From: Promethearchaeota archaeon
GTDB lineage: Archaea; Asgardarchaeota; Lokiarchaeia; Sigyniarchaeales; SOKP01
Reading direction: 5' to 3'
Assembly: GCA_030599585.1 (NCBI GenBank)
Contig: JAUVNS010000007.1
Location: 128,001-192,000, forward strand
Length of the DNA stretch: 64,000 nucleotides
Each line of letters opens with the position of its first letter. Positions within the stretch are counted from its first letter, which is position 1. Shown one piece after another: positions 1-9,545 of this stretch. A program made the position numbers and the translations under genes. Below the pieces are notes generated by a model, which was not told the origin of the DNA, made no database searches, and worked only from the letters and a program-made list of their open reading frames with translations.

Positions 1-68
1 AAAAATTTAACCAAGATATTTTAAATAAATTCTAATTGCTTTCATAACACAAAAAATGCGTAATCTGC

Positions 69-899
69 TTAGTCTATAATAACATAAGCGTTACTTAAAA
101 CAACGGCTCTATCGGTTTTAACTTGAATTACATAGCGCCCATTATCCTTCCACCCTTCTGTTGTTAACGATTCCCCGGGATACACTACATTAGTAAATCG
201 TACTTTAAATTCTTTAAAGCGCGAAATGTCTCCATCACATAGACTATATAGGATTGCTCTTGTCGTAAAACCATATGTGCATAACCCATGTAAAATAGGT
301 TTTTCTTGACCTCCAAAACGAGCGAGGTCAGGATCAATGTGAAGAGGATTTAAATCTCCACTAAGTCGAAATAAAGCTGCCTGGTTCTCAGTTGTATTAT
401 AAGTAACGCTAAAATCTGGCTCAATTCCCTCTGGTGGTGTAATTTTTTCTGTTTTCGGGCCCCGATCTCCACCAAATCCTCCTGCACCTAAATAAAAAAA
501 TGCAGATTCGATTTCGAATAACGGATTCCTATCTTTAGAGAGGCCTGTAGTTTTAACATTTATGACTGCTGCTTTACCTTTATCGTATATACTAGTTACC
601 TCACTAAAGCAGATTATTTCTCCTTGTGACGGAATAGGCTGATGCAATCTTATTAATTCTTCACCGTGGATAAATTTAGGAAAATCGATTTTCCCTAATT
701 TAGGGAATGCTATATATCTTGGAGCTGCTACAAAACTGGGAAATACTTTTAACCCTCCTGAAACTCCCTCGTAGATAAATTGAAGTTCAGAAGTTTGAGC
801 TCCAATCCCTAAAGCATATAGAATTACATCTTTACTGGTATATTTATAGCTTTTTTCAGGATTTTTTTTTCCAACTACATTTAAATCTAAGCCAGACAT
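69..899 (-). CDS. MaoC-family double hot-dog (R)-specific enoyl-CoA hydratase 2 (MFE-2 hydratase-like)
   Basis: Hydratase-2 motif 'FRLSGDLNPLHIDP...ILHGLCTYG' and N-terminal 'LYALGIGA'. Confidence 0.9.
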   Translation of the reverse strand: MSGLDLNVVGKKNPEKSYKYTSKDVILYALGIGAQTSELQFIYEGVSGGLKVFPSFVAAPRYIAFPKLGKIDFPKFIHGEELIRLHQPIPSQGEIICFSEVTSIYDKGKAAVINVKTTGLSKDRNPLFEIESAFFYLGAGGFGGDRGPKTEKITPPEGIEPDFSVTYNTTENQAALFRLSGDLNPLHIDPDLARFGGQEKPILHGLCTYGFTTRAILYSLCDGDISRFKEFKVRFTNVVYPGESLTTEGWKDNGRYVIQVKTDRAVVLSNAYVIID

Positions 900-963
900 T
901 GTATATCATTTCTTTAGTGTATTTCAAGGCTTTAAAGTTTTTCTCGATCTCATGATGAGTGTA

Positions 964-2466
964 TTATGTTCTTACCAAAACATCATGAGCATTCAAAAAT
1001 TCCTTCAAATCCTGGATTCTCAAAAGATTAAAATGAAATAAGGAAGCAGCTAATACGGCTTCAGCTCCGTTATTGATTGCTTCTTTAAAGTGCTCTTTAT
1101 TTCCAGCTCCCCCTGATGCGATCACAGGTACGGACACAATATCTGTAATACATCGGATCAAATCAAGATCATATCCCGAATTAGTACCATCTCTATCCAT
1201 GCTTGTAACTAATAGTTCTCCTGCCCCCTTATCAACAACTTTTTTTACCCATTCTAATACATCGAGTCCAGTAGGTTTTGTTCCGCTATGTGAATACACT
1301 TCCCATGATTCACCTTTTTTTTTTGCATCGATAGCGACAACGATTGATTGAGATCCGAATTTAATAGCACCTTTAGTAATTAGGTTTGGATCATTTATAG
1401 CTGCTGAATTTATACTTACTTTTTCTGCTCCTGCCTTGATAATTACCGTCATGTCCTCAATGGTTTTAATTCCGCCACCTACAGTTAATGGGATGAAGAT
1501 TTCTTCTGCTACAGATCGAATTGTATTAAGCATGCTTTTCCGTCCTTCTAGGGTTGCCGAAATGTCTAAGAAAACTAATTCGTCAGCACCATTTTCGTTA
1601 TAATATCGTGCTAAATCAACTGGATCTCCACTATCTCGTAGATTTTTGAATTTGACTCCCTTTACTACTCTTCCATTCTTTACATCTAGACAAGGGATAA
1701 TGCGTTTTACTAGTCGAGATTTGTGAAGATCGTCAAGGAAGGAGCTTAAAAGTTTGAGAGGAATATTTCGATTATATAATGCTTTTCCTACTATAACTCC
1801 ATCAGCATACTCTAGTGCTTTAACTACATCACCTATGCTTGAAATTCCGCCTGAGGCAATAATTCTGGTGTTAGGCTTTTTCTCTTTTTTCAATTCCACA
1901 TAGAGATTTGTATTTAAACCGGTTGAAGTCCCATCTTTCATTATGTCAGTGACAATAAAATCTTGAATTCCCAAATTCTCCAATTTAGAAAAAACTTTAA
2001 ATATATCTAAATTTGTATCAAATTGCCATCCCTTCGTACGGATCGTTTTATTGGAAGAATCTAATGCAATTGCAATCTTGCTTCTATACTGTTTAGATAA
2101 AATCTCTAAAAGTTTGTCATCATCAAACGCTATGGTACCTAAGATTATACGGTCAGTTCCCTGATCTATTAATTCTTCTATCGTTTCAATACTCCGTATT
2201 CCCCCCCCAATCTGAACTTTAATCCCAGCTTGTTTTGAAAGTTTAATCAGATTCAAAATAACGCGATAACTAAGATTATTCCGAAAATCTCCTTTTAATG
2301 CACCATCTAAATTAATAATATGCATCCACCAGGCACCAGCTTTGATGAATTGTCTTAGAATAGCTACGGGGTCATTAGAATATGTGATTTGTTTAGAAAA
2401 GTCACCCTGAGTAAGTCTGACTACTTTTCCCTCTCTTATATCCATGGCAGGAATTATAGTTTTTAT
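964..2466 (-). CDS. hisAF: Fused HisA (ProFAR isomerase) - HisF (IGP synthase cyclase subunit); start probably ATA at 2466 rather than ATG at 2445
   Basis: N-half has '[19 protein letters not shown]', 'QIGGGIRS', 'ASGGI'. C-half has '[17 protein letters not shown]', '[10 protein letters not shown]', 'TSMDRDGT'. No stop at the junction (~1715). The conserved IIPA lies upstream of the ATG. Confidence 0.93.
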   Translation of the reverse strand: MKTIIPAMDIREGKVVRLTQGDFSKQITYSNDPVAILRQFIKAGAWWMHIINLDGALKGDFRNNLSYRVILNLIKLSKQAGIKVQIGGGIRSIETIEELIDQGTDRIILGTIAFDDDKLLEILSKQYRSKIAIALDSSNKTIRTKGWQFDTNLDIFKVFSKLENLGIQDFIVTDIMKDGTSTGLNTNLYVELKKEKKPNTRIIASGGISSIGDVVKALEYADGVIVGKALYNRNIPLKLLSSFLDDLHKSRLVKRIIPCLDVKNGRVVKGVKFKNLRDSGDPVDLARYYNENGADELVFLDISATLEGRKSMLNTIRSVAEEIFIPLTVGGGIKTIEDMTVIIKAGAEKVSINSAAINDPNLITKGAIKFGSQSIVVAIDAKKKGESWEVYSHSGTKPTGLDVLEWVKKVVDKGAGELLVTSMDRDGTNSGYDLDLIRCITDIVSVPVIASGGAGNKEHFKEAINNGAEAVLAASLFHFNLLRIQDLKEFLNAHDVLVRT

Positions 2467-3071
2467 GTTTGGTTCACCCGTTTTTCTAAAGAATTAACCC
2501 AATATTTCAATATATTTTCTCCAATTGTTTTACTTTTTTCTGGATGAAATTGTATTGCCAAAATTGTCCCATGCTTAAAAATAACTCCAAATTTTACTCC
2601 ATGTAAAGTAAAAGCAGTTATTATATTCTCATCTACCGCATCACAATAATATGTGTGGTTAAAATATGCAAAACCAGAGAAATACGGCTCTTTAAATGCA
2701 ATTACTCTGTTCCATCCCGTATGTGGAATACGAATAGAATTGCTGGGCTTTAACTTCTTCACTTTTCCAGAAAAAATGCCTAATCCCTCAATACCTGGAC
2801 TTTCTTCCGAATTATTGAATAATAATTGTAATCCTAAACATATTCCTAATGTTGGTTTTATTGGTATAATTTGTTTTAATAGAGTAAAGAGCCCTTTTCG
2901 CTTGAGCTCTCCCACAGCATCTCCAAAAGCTCCCACACCGGGTAGAACAATACCATTTGCTTTTTCTATCTCTTCTCTTTCATTAGTTATTATTACATCT
3001 GAATAATATCGTTGTAACGATCGTTGAACAGAGCGTAAATTTCCAATCCCATAGTCAATTATTGTAATCAT
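2463..3071 (-). CDS. hisH: Imidazole glycerol phosphate synthase glutaminase subunit HisH
   Basis: '[12 protein letters not shown]', 'LPGVGAF', 'GICLGLQ', 'QFHPEKS'. Confidence 0.97.
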   Translation of the reverse strand: MITIIDYGIGNLRSVQRSLQRYYSDVIITNEREEIEKANGIVLPGVGAFGDAVGELKRKGLFTLLKQIIPIKPTLGICLGLQLLFNNSEESPGIEGLGIFSGKVKKLKPSNSIRIPHTGWNRVIAFKEPYFSGFAYFNHTYYCDAVDENIITAFTLHGVKFGVIFKHGTILAIQFHPEKSKTIGENILKYWVNSLEKRVNQT

Positions 3072-3111
3072 AAATAACTCCTCGAATATTTAAAAAGCAT
3101 ACCTTATTGTT

Positions 3112-3717
3112 TCATAATATTCCCTTGGTAGATGGGATATTGCCTCTTCGTTTAGGATCTAACCGAGAAGCTTTATCCAGTGAAGATCCGAGAGCTTTAA
3201 AAACCGACTCTGCCATGTGGTGATCATCTTTTCCATAAAGCACTTTCACATGTAGCGTTATACTAGCGTGAATCGCAAATGTCTGTAAAAAATGTTCTAT
3301 TAACGTGAGAGGTATCAATTCGTCTTGATTCTTTCCAAAATATTTACCCGTCCAAGGGATATTAATACTCGAATAGGGGCGATTAGAAAAATCAACAACA
3401 ACTAATGCTAGGGCTTCATCCATAGGAACGTAAGAGTGTCCAATGCGGCAAATTCCTGATTTGTTTCCAATTGCTTGTTTAAACGCTTTTCCTAACACTA
3501 TACCTACATCCTCCATGGTATGATGAGTATCGACATGCAGATCCCCAGTAGCTTTCACCTCAATGTCAAAAATTCCATGAACTGCGATGTGATTTAACAT
3601 ATGATCGAAAAATCCTATACCTGTATTTATGTTTGCTTTTCCAGAGCCATCTAAGTTAAGCGAAATATTAATAGTGGATTCTTTCGTTTTTCTTTCTTGT
3701 TCTGATTGCCGATTCAT
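3112..3717 (-). CDS. hisB: Imidazoleglycerol-phosphate dehydratase (monofunctional)
   Basis: 'TGIGFFDHML', 'DTHHTMED', 'PMDEAL', 'DDHHMAE', 'PSTKG'. Confidence 0.97.
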   Translation of the reverse strand: MNRQSEQERKTKESTINISLNLDGSGKANINTGIGFFDHMLNHIAVHGIFDIEVKATGDLHVDTHHTMEDVGIVLGKAFKQAIGNKSGICRIGHSYVPMDEALALVVVDFSNRPYSSINIPWTGKYFGKNQDELIPLTLIEHFLQTFAIHASITLHVKVLYGKDDHHMAESVFKALGSSLDKASRLDPKRRGNIPSTKGIL

Positions 3718-3718
3718 T

Positions 3719-4843
3719 TTAATTTCCTCCTTTTAAAAATAATTTGATTTCATCAATAACTTTTACCATATTTTCTTGGAGTCCGATACTGATTCTTAGG
3801 TTGTTAATCATGTCTGATGACGAATAATACCTTACAAGAATGCCTTTTGAATAGAGATATTCGTAAAGGGTTTTTGGAATCTCTGGAGATTCGAAAGTGA
3901 GTAACACATAACACGCTTCACTTTGATGGATCCAAAAGTTTTTGTACTGATTTTGAACTATTATAAGTTGATTAATGAACCATTCTCTTATTTTTTTCAT
4001 TTCTGTAATTCTCTGATCAACTAGTGGGCTAGATAATGCCGCAAAAGCAGCTTTTTGACCAGCAATGTTAACATTATAAGGTTGTTTAATTGATACTATA
4101 ACTTTTCGAATCTCGTCTGGCATAATTCCATATCCCACTCGGAGCCCTCCTAAACCATAAGCCTTACTAAAAGTTCGAAGAACAACGAGATTCTCGTAAT
4201 TAGGAACCCACTTAGCAAGAGATTGAGAATCTGAGAACTCTATGTAAGCTTCATCAATGACCACTAAGACTGGTAGAGAGACTAGACGTTCAATGAAGCT
4301 TTCTGATACAACGCTTCCGTCTGGATTATTTGGTCGGGCTATAAAAATGATTTTAGACCTTAGCGCTTCTTCTAAAAATTGGTCTTCGTTAAGTACATAT
4401 TTAGCAAACGACTCTTTTTTGACTAATTTTTGAGAGACGGCTAAATTTTTAATTCCATTTACTTGAGCTAAGAACGAAATCATCCCAAATGTAGGGGATA
4501 CAGAGAGAATTTTGTCAGAAGGGTTAGCGTATGCTTTCATTATAAGTTCTATGAGCTCATCCGAACCTGAACTAATTATAAAATTTTTGGAGTCTATTTT
4601 TTCTTTTTTCCCTAAGACTTGTATTAAATTTGAACACAGCATGTCTGGATAATTACCAATATTTGTGAGGGACCTTAATGCTCCCAGAACTTCTGGAAGT
4701 GGATCGAAAGGATTTTCATTGCCATCAAGTTTTATTATTTTTTCAAGTGGGATATTGAGTTCTTCTGCTATGGTTTCTAAAGGTTTAACTCCACTATAAG
4801 TTTTTATTGAAGCAAGATGATCTGCAGTTTTGATTTTAGGGAT
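3719..4843 (-). CDS. hisC: Histidinol-phosphate aminotransferase; true start lies upstream of the ORF-track ATG (4642), probably ATC at 4843
   Basis: 'GSDELI', 'PNNPDG', 'IDEAYIEF', 'LRTFSKAYGLGGLRVGY'. The frame stays open for 67 codons upstream of 4642 and contains the conserved 'IIKLDGNENPF' and 'NYPD' motifs. Confidence 0.93.
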   Translation of the reverse strand: MPKIKTADHLASIKTYSGVKPLETIAEELNIPLEKIIKLDGNENPFDPLPEVLGALRSLTNIGNYPDMLCSNLIQVLGKKEKIDSKNFIISSGSDELIELIMKAYANPSDKILSVSPTFGMISFLAQVNGIKNLAVSQKLVKKESFAKYVLNEDQFLEEALRSKIIFIARPNNPDGSVVSESFIERLVSLPVLVVIDEAYIEFSDSQSLAKWVPNYENLVVLRTFSKAYGLGGLRVGYGIMPDEIRKVIVSIKQPYNVNIAGQKAAFAALSSPLVDQRITEMKKIREWFINQLIIVQNQYKNFWIHQSEACYVLLTFESPEIPKTLYEYLYSKGILVRYYSSSDMINNLRISIGLQENMVKVIDEIKLFLKGGN

Positions 4844-6168
4844 TAGTATCTCCTCCTAGCCGCTTCTGAGTGAGCAGTAAGTTCTTCGCTAATAGCTAAT
4901 TTCTCAGCTAAAGGAGCTATAGATTTAACTGTTTTAGTATCTAAAGCTATAAGACTAGTAATTTTGAGAAAATCTATTACTGACAATGGAGACGAAAATT
5001 TAGCGGCACCACCCGTTGGCATTACATGACTGGGACCAGCAACATAATCTCCCATCACTTCACAAGATGATTCTCCGAGGAAAATTCCTCCCGCATTTTT
5101 AATTCGGGGTAAGATTTTTTCTTGATCCTTCATAATGATAGATAAGTGCTCTGGGGCAAAATCGTTAATTGCTGATATAGCATCTTTAGTGTTAGTTACT
5201 AAAATTATTCCGCCATTATTTTCTATTGCATATCGAGCTTTTTCAGCGCGAGACAGTTTTTGTATTTGCTCTTCAACTGAATCTCTGACTATATTTGCGA
5301 TATCTTTACTTGTTGTAAGTAAAATTGGAATTGATAAAAAATCGTGTTCAGCTTGTGCGAGTAAATCAGAAGCAATTAAATGAGGATCCGCAGATTCATC
5401 GGCTAATATAACTGCCTCTGTAGGACCAGTGATACCATCAATTCCTACAATTCCATATACTTCCCGCTTAGCTAAGGTAACGAAGATATTACCGGGGCCA
5501 ACAATTTTATTAACTTTTGGAACTGTTTCAGTACCAAAAGCTAGTGCTGCAATTGCTTGAGCTCCTCCTATCTGGAAAACCCTAAGGTTAACTTTATAAT
5601 CACGCATTAAATTACAAGTAGCTAAAATTATAGGAGAAATTGGAGACGGACTTACAATTATTACTTCTTCAACTCCCGCTACAATTGCAGGGCAAACGCT
5701 ATGAATAACCGTAGATGGGAGCGGAGCGGATCCTCCAGGCACGTAAAATCCGACTCTTTGGATCGGAGTTATTATCTGCCCTAAAGTTCCTCCTAAATCA
5801 CTTGTAGTCCAAGAAGAAGTAGGTTGTTTTTTGTGAAACGCTAATATTCTATGTATCGTTTTATCTAAAACCTCTTTAATTTTAGTGTCGATAGAATTTA
5901 ACGCTGCTTCCATTTGCTCTACTTCTATTTCAATTGAATTAGTTATATCATTTTTTTCTAATTTTTTAGTCCATTCAATTAGAGCTAGATCGCCTTTTTT
6001 TATAACATCGTCAATTATACTTTTAACAACTTCTTGTGGTGTTAAGGGTTTACCGAAAATCTTAATAATCTGCTCGTTAATTTGGGGTGATGCTGGAGTA
6101 TTAACAATTGATTTGCGTATTAGTATAGATTTTTGTGCTTCCTCTAAGGAATATATTGGGATCATCAA
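4843..6168 (-). CDS. hisD: Histidinol dehydrogenase
   Basis: 'YVPGG', '[14 protein letters not shown]', 'GPGNIFV', 'DLLAQAEHD', 'APEHL', '[15 protein letters not shown]'. Confidence 0.97.
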   Translation of the reverse strand: MMIPIYSLEEAQKSILIRKSIVNTPASPQINEQIIKIFGKPLTPQEVVKSIIDDVIKKGDLALIEWTKKLEKNDITNSIEIEVEQMEAALNSIDTKIKEVLDKTIHRILAFHKKQPTSSWTTSDLGGTLGQIITPIQRVGFYVPGGSAPLPSTVIHSVCPAIVAGVEEVIIVSPSPISPIILATCNLMRDYKVNLRVFQIGGAQAIAALAFGTETVPKVNKIVGPGNIFVTLAKREVYGIVGIDGITGPTEAVILADESADPHLIASDLLAQAEHDFLSIPILLTTSKDIANIVRDSVEEQIQKLSRAEKARYAIENNGGIILVTNTKDAISAINDFAPEHLSIIMKDQEKILPRIKNAGGIFLGESSCEVMGDYVAGPSHVMPTGGAAKFSSPLSVIDFLKITSLIALDTKTVKSIAPLAEKLAISEELTAHSEAARRRY

Positions 6169-7172
6169 TTTTCCTCCAAATTCTTAAGTAAATTTTTGTA
6201 GCGTTTAGGTTCCTCTTCAAAGATATAAAGAGTTGGAGCTACCACTACACCACTACCACCTATTTCGCGTAAACCTTTTATGGCATCTTGTAATTTTTCT
6301 TTTTCGACGATAATGTGAATCGCATACATTTTCTCTCCTTTTTTAGTATAAACCGATGATACCGTTGGTCCATCAAGTCCTTCTAAACTTTTTTTAGAAA
6401 AAATCGATTCAGCGATATCTTTACCATTTTCTCCCCTCATATTTACAAAGACAGACACGAATCTCTTTGCTCTGAGTGTTGCTTCAAAATATTCAATCAA
6501 TCCACGAGTGACCTTCATAACAGCTTCATTTCCTAAAGCAGTTCGATTCCCAATCAACACTGCCTCAGAAGTCATTATTTTCCCTCCACTAATTCTTTTT
6601 AATCTATTATCTTTTAGAGTCTTTCCCGTAGAGACAAGATCAACGATTATTTCGCTATAGCCAAGCTCAGGATAAACCTCTAAGGATCCATTTCCGCTCA
6701 CTATCTCATAAGAAATTCCACACGAAGTTAAAAATTGCTTAGTAAGTTTTGGAAACTTAGTTGCAACTCTAATATGTGAATTTTTTCCTTTTTGTTTTAT
6801 TTCTTCAATTGAATATTCCAACCAATCTTCAGGAACAGCAATTTCAAGACTGCATTTTCCAAAACCTAATGCATCATGTACAACTACTACATCTTTTTTC
6901 GTATCAGGCAAATACTCACGAACTAAGTCATATCCAACTATTCCAAGCTCTATCGACCCATTAAGGACACCTCTGACAATATCCACTTGGCGTTGATACA
7001 CCAATTGGAGATCAATGGGACCATTTATAGAGCCAATATACTGTCTGTTATTCCTTTGCACGTTAAACCCACATTCTTTCAAGAAATCTTGGGTTTCTTT
7101 TTCCATTCTCCCTTTTGAAGGTATGGCTAGTCTCACTTGCCGTGATTTATAATAAAACTCTTCTTCTTTCAC
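6165..7172 (-). CDS. hisG: ATP phosphoribosyltransferase, long form with C-terminal regulatory domain
   Basis: '[10 protein letters not shown]', 'RVATKFP', '[17 protein letters not shown]'; GTG start behind GGAGG. Confidence 0.95.
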   Translation of the reverse strand: MKEEEFYYKSRQVRLAIPSKGRMEKETQDFLKECGFNVQRNNRQYIGSINGPIDLQLVYQRQVDIVRGVLNGSIELGIVGYDLVREYLPDTKKDVVVVHDALGFGKCSLEIAVPEDWLEYSIEEIKQKGKNSHIRVATKFPKLTKQFLTSCGISYEIVSGNGSLEVYPELGYSEIIVDLVSTGKTLKDNRLKRISGGKIMTSEAVLIGNRTALGNEAVMKVTRGLIEYFEATLRAKRFVSVFVNMRGENGKDIAESIFSKKSLEGLDGPTVSSVYTKKGEKMYAIHIIVEKEKLQDAIKGLREIGGSGVVVAPTLYIFEEEPKRYKNLLKNLEEN

Positions 7173-8080
7173 TTGTTTCGCCTCCCTAATTCATTTATAA
7201 TTTCACTTAGAGTAATTTTTTGTGTTGCCATTAAGACTAGGACAAAATATGTTAAGTCAGCAATTTCCCAGATAAGGTTATCTCTGTCAGTAAAATTTAT
7301 CACTTCTAAGCATTCTTCTTTGATTTTTGAAAGTAATAAATTATTGTCCTCAGCTAATCTTTTAGTGTATGATTCTTCCACTGAAGAATCCTCTATTCGG
7401 TTATTTATTAGATCATAGAGAACATTTAATGAAAAATCCTTATCAAAAAAACAGGAATATGTCCCGGTGTGGCAAGCATATCCAGTTTGTTGGACTTTAA
7501 ACAGGAGAGAGTCGTTATCACAGTCATAATGGATTTTTTTTACTGCTTGACTGTTTCCTGATTCCTCTCCTTTTATCCATAGTTTATTTCTCGATCTACT
7601 GAAATAGGTTGCCTTCCGGGTGAGTACTGTATTTTTCAACGATTCTTTAGAAGAATATGCGAGCATTAGTACAGTATTGTTCTGATCTTGTACTATTGTC
7701 GGAATAAGTCCTGATCCTTTCTCGAAATCGAGAAGATTTAACAGGCTATTATCTATTAGTGAGTAATTCATTTTTGACTTAAAATTAAAGGTTTCATATC
7801 GGTTTGGTAATGATAGAGAAATAGGTTTATAGCCTTTTTTGTATAGCTGCTTTTTCATTTCATTCTGAGCTTCTTTTATCTCAAACCTTAGATCTATATT
7901 TTGAGAAATTTCTTTCAAATTTTTATTGTTCCCAATCAGTGTATCGAAATCTTGCTCATTAATTTTTAAAACTAAAGTAAAGATAACATCCCAATTCCTT
8001 TTTAAAAATACCTCTTTAATAAACTGAGTAATTCCCCCTACTGGTTCCAAGTCCTTTTTTTCCACCTTTAATATTAACAT
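7169..8080 (-). CDS. hisIE: Bifunctional PR-AMP cyclohydrolase / PR-ATP pyrophosphatase with a ~110-aa N-terminal extension
   Basis: 'GLIPTIVQD', '[16 protein letters not shown]', 'DCDNDSLL', '[10 protein letters not shown]', then HisE 'SYTKRL...KIKEE...EIADLTY'. Confidence 0.93.
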   Translation of the reverse strand: MLILKVEKKDLEPVGGITQFIKEVFLKRNWDVIFTLVLKINEQDFDTLIGNNKNLKEISQNIDLRFEIKEAQNEMKKQLYKKGYKPISLSLPNRYETFNFKSKMNYSLIDNSLLNLLDFEKGSGLIPTIVQDQNNTVLMLAYSSKESLKNTVLTRKATYFSRSRNKLWIKGEESGNSQAVKKIHYDCDNDSLLFKVQQTGYACHTGTYSCFFDKDFSLNVLYDLINNRIEDSSVEESYTKRLAEDNNLLLSKIKEECLEVINFTDRDNLIWEIADLTYFVLVLMATQKITLSEIINELGRRNK

Positions 8081-8093
8081 AAAATACCCTCAA

Positions 8094-8196
8094 AACTGAA
8101 TTAGATTTCAGTTCAATTAAATTCCAATGAATACATGATAAAAAAATTATCTTAATTCATCGGAATTATTTATAATGTAGATGATGATGTTCCGAT
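8094..8196 (-). promoter_or_regulatory. Candidate his attenuator: alternative RNA helices between the leader ORF and hisIE
   Basis: On the minus-strand RNA, AUCGGAA (8196-8190) is complementary to UUCCGAU (8165-8159). AAUUCCGAUGAAU (8167-8155) pairs with AUUCAUUGGAAUU (8132-8120), 13 bp with one G-U, enclosing GAUAA-UUUUU-UUAUC. Hairpin AACUGAA-AUCUAA-UUCAGUU (8113-8094) abuts the GAGGG SD of hisIE. Confidence 0.65.
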
Positions 8197-8276
8197 CTGA
8201 TAACATTAAAGCTATTCGATCCATCAACAAAGACTAAACTCAATAGATTAACACCCTTAGTTTTTAGAAATATCAT
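8166..8276 (-). CDS. Putative his operon leader peptide MIFLKTKGVNLLSLVFVDGSNSFNVIRSEHHHLHYK (alternative TTG start at 8243 behind GGGTG)
   Basis: Translated by hand: ATG at 8276, CAT CAT CAT CTA CAT cluster at 8189-8175, TAA at 8168-8166. Same strand as hisIE and 85 nt upstream of it. Confidence 0.75.
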   Translation of the reverse strand: MIFLKTKGVNLLSLVFVDGSNSFNVIRSEHHHLHYK

Positions 8277-8457
8277 ATTAATTCACTATTGAGTCCTTAT
8301 TTTAGAGATAACTATACTTGTATTAACTATTTTATGCACCGTAGCCTAAAAAAGTTAACTATATTTGGTGTATTGAAAAAATTATAATTTTAACAATTAT
8401 TATGTTAGTTTAGATTCAATAATAATATTTTTAGAAAATATAGATGGAGAAAGTCTT

Positions 8458-9498
8458 ATGGTAAAAGGAAATAAGTATGGAACGCATAGAGTTATTGAAC
8501 CTAAGGGGACACTTCCTCAACCTGCGTTTAAAATTTCAAATAATGTGACGATTTATGACAACGAGATATTAATCGATGTCGATTATTTGAACATCGACTC
8601 TGCAAGTTTCACTCAATTAAAAGAAGAAGCGGAAGGAAATCTAGATAAGATTAAGAATAAGATTATGGAAATCGTTCAAGAAAGAGGAAAAATGCAAAAC
8701 CCAGTTACGGGTTCGGGAGGGATGTTAATAGGGAAGGTAGAAATGATAGGTGATAACTTAATTGATAAAATAGAATTACAGGTAGGAGATAAAATAGCAT
8801 CATTAGTATCTCTTTCATTAACTCCTCTCAAAATTGAAAAAATCTTAGACATTAATCCAGATATAGATCGAGTTAAGATTGAGGGAAAAGCTATCCTTTT
8901 TGAAAGCGGAATTTACGCAAAATTGCCTGGAGATATGGAAGCAACTCTAGCGTTAGCAGCACTCGATGTTGCTGGAGCTCCCGCACAAGTAAAGAATCTG
9001 GTGAAGGAAGGCGATAATGTTCTAATTCTTGGTGCTACGGGCAAATCTGGACTCATGTGTTCATATATGGCTAAAAAAATGGCTGGTAATAAAGGAAAAA
9101 TCATAGGACAGGCTAGAAACGAGACTCGAGCCGAATTTCTTAGAGAAACCGAGTTTTGCCATGAAGTTATTGTCGCAGATGTATTAAATCCGATAAATAT
9201 CTTAGAAGAAACCCTACAAGCTAATGGTGGGAATGAAGTAGATATAACCATTAATTGTTTGAGCATCCCCAATTCAGAATTATCTTCCATCCTTCCCGTG
9301 AGAGATGAAGGTATTGTATATTTCTTTTCAATGGCCACCAGTTTCACTAAAGCAGCTTTGGGAGCTGAGGGTATAGGAAAAGATGTGACCATGATAATAG
9401 GTAATGGATATACTAAAAATCATGCGCAAATTACCTTAGATTTATTACGAGAATCTGGAACTCTTAGAAGAATTTTTGAGGAAAAATATATAAAATAA
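8458..9498 (+). CDS. kdd: L-erythro-3,5-diaminohexanoate dehydrogenase
   Basis: 'KYGTHRVIEPKGTLPQPA', 'NIDSASF', 'QNPVTGSGGML', 'ALDVAGAPAQ'; located near the kam genes. Confidence 0.95.
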   Translation: MVKGNKYGTHRVIEPKGTLPQPAFKISNNVTIYDNEILIDVDYLNIDSASFTQLKEEAEGNLDKIKNKIMEIVQERGKMQNPVTGSGGMLIGKVEMIGDNLIDKIELQVGDKIASLVSLSLTPLKIEKILDINPDIDRVKIEGKAILFESGIYAKLPGDMEATLALAALDVAGAPAQVKNLVKEGDNVLILGATGKSGLMCSYMAKKMAGNKGKIIGQARNETRAEFLRETEFCHEVIVADVLNPINILEETLQANGGNEVDITINCLSIPNSELSSILPVRDEGIVYFFSMATSFTKAALGAEGIGKDVTMIIGNGYTKNHAQITLDLLRESGTLRRIFEEKYIK

Positions 9499-9545
9499 AA
9501 GTTAAATCAATATCTAAAAAAAAAAGAAATTTTAATATTAGTTTA

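Noticed and set aside
1073-7418. Plus-strand ORFs antisense to the his genes, and similar short antisense or nested ORFs throughout the track
   Set aside because: They are shadow ORFs lying within well-supported genes, with no recognisable motifs.
8147-8206. Overlapping minus-strand mini-ORF MLSDRNIIIYIINNSDELR* (Ile-rich)
   Set aside because: It is the alternative reading of the same CAT repeat. Ile has no link to the downstream operon and there is no SD, so the His frame is the coherent one.
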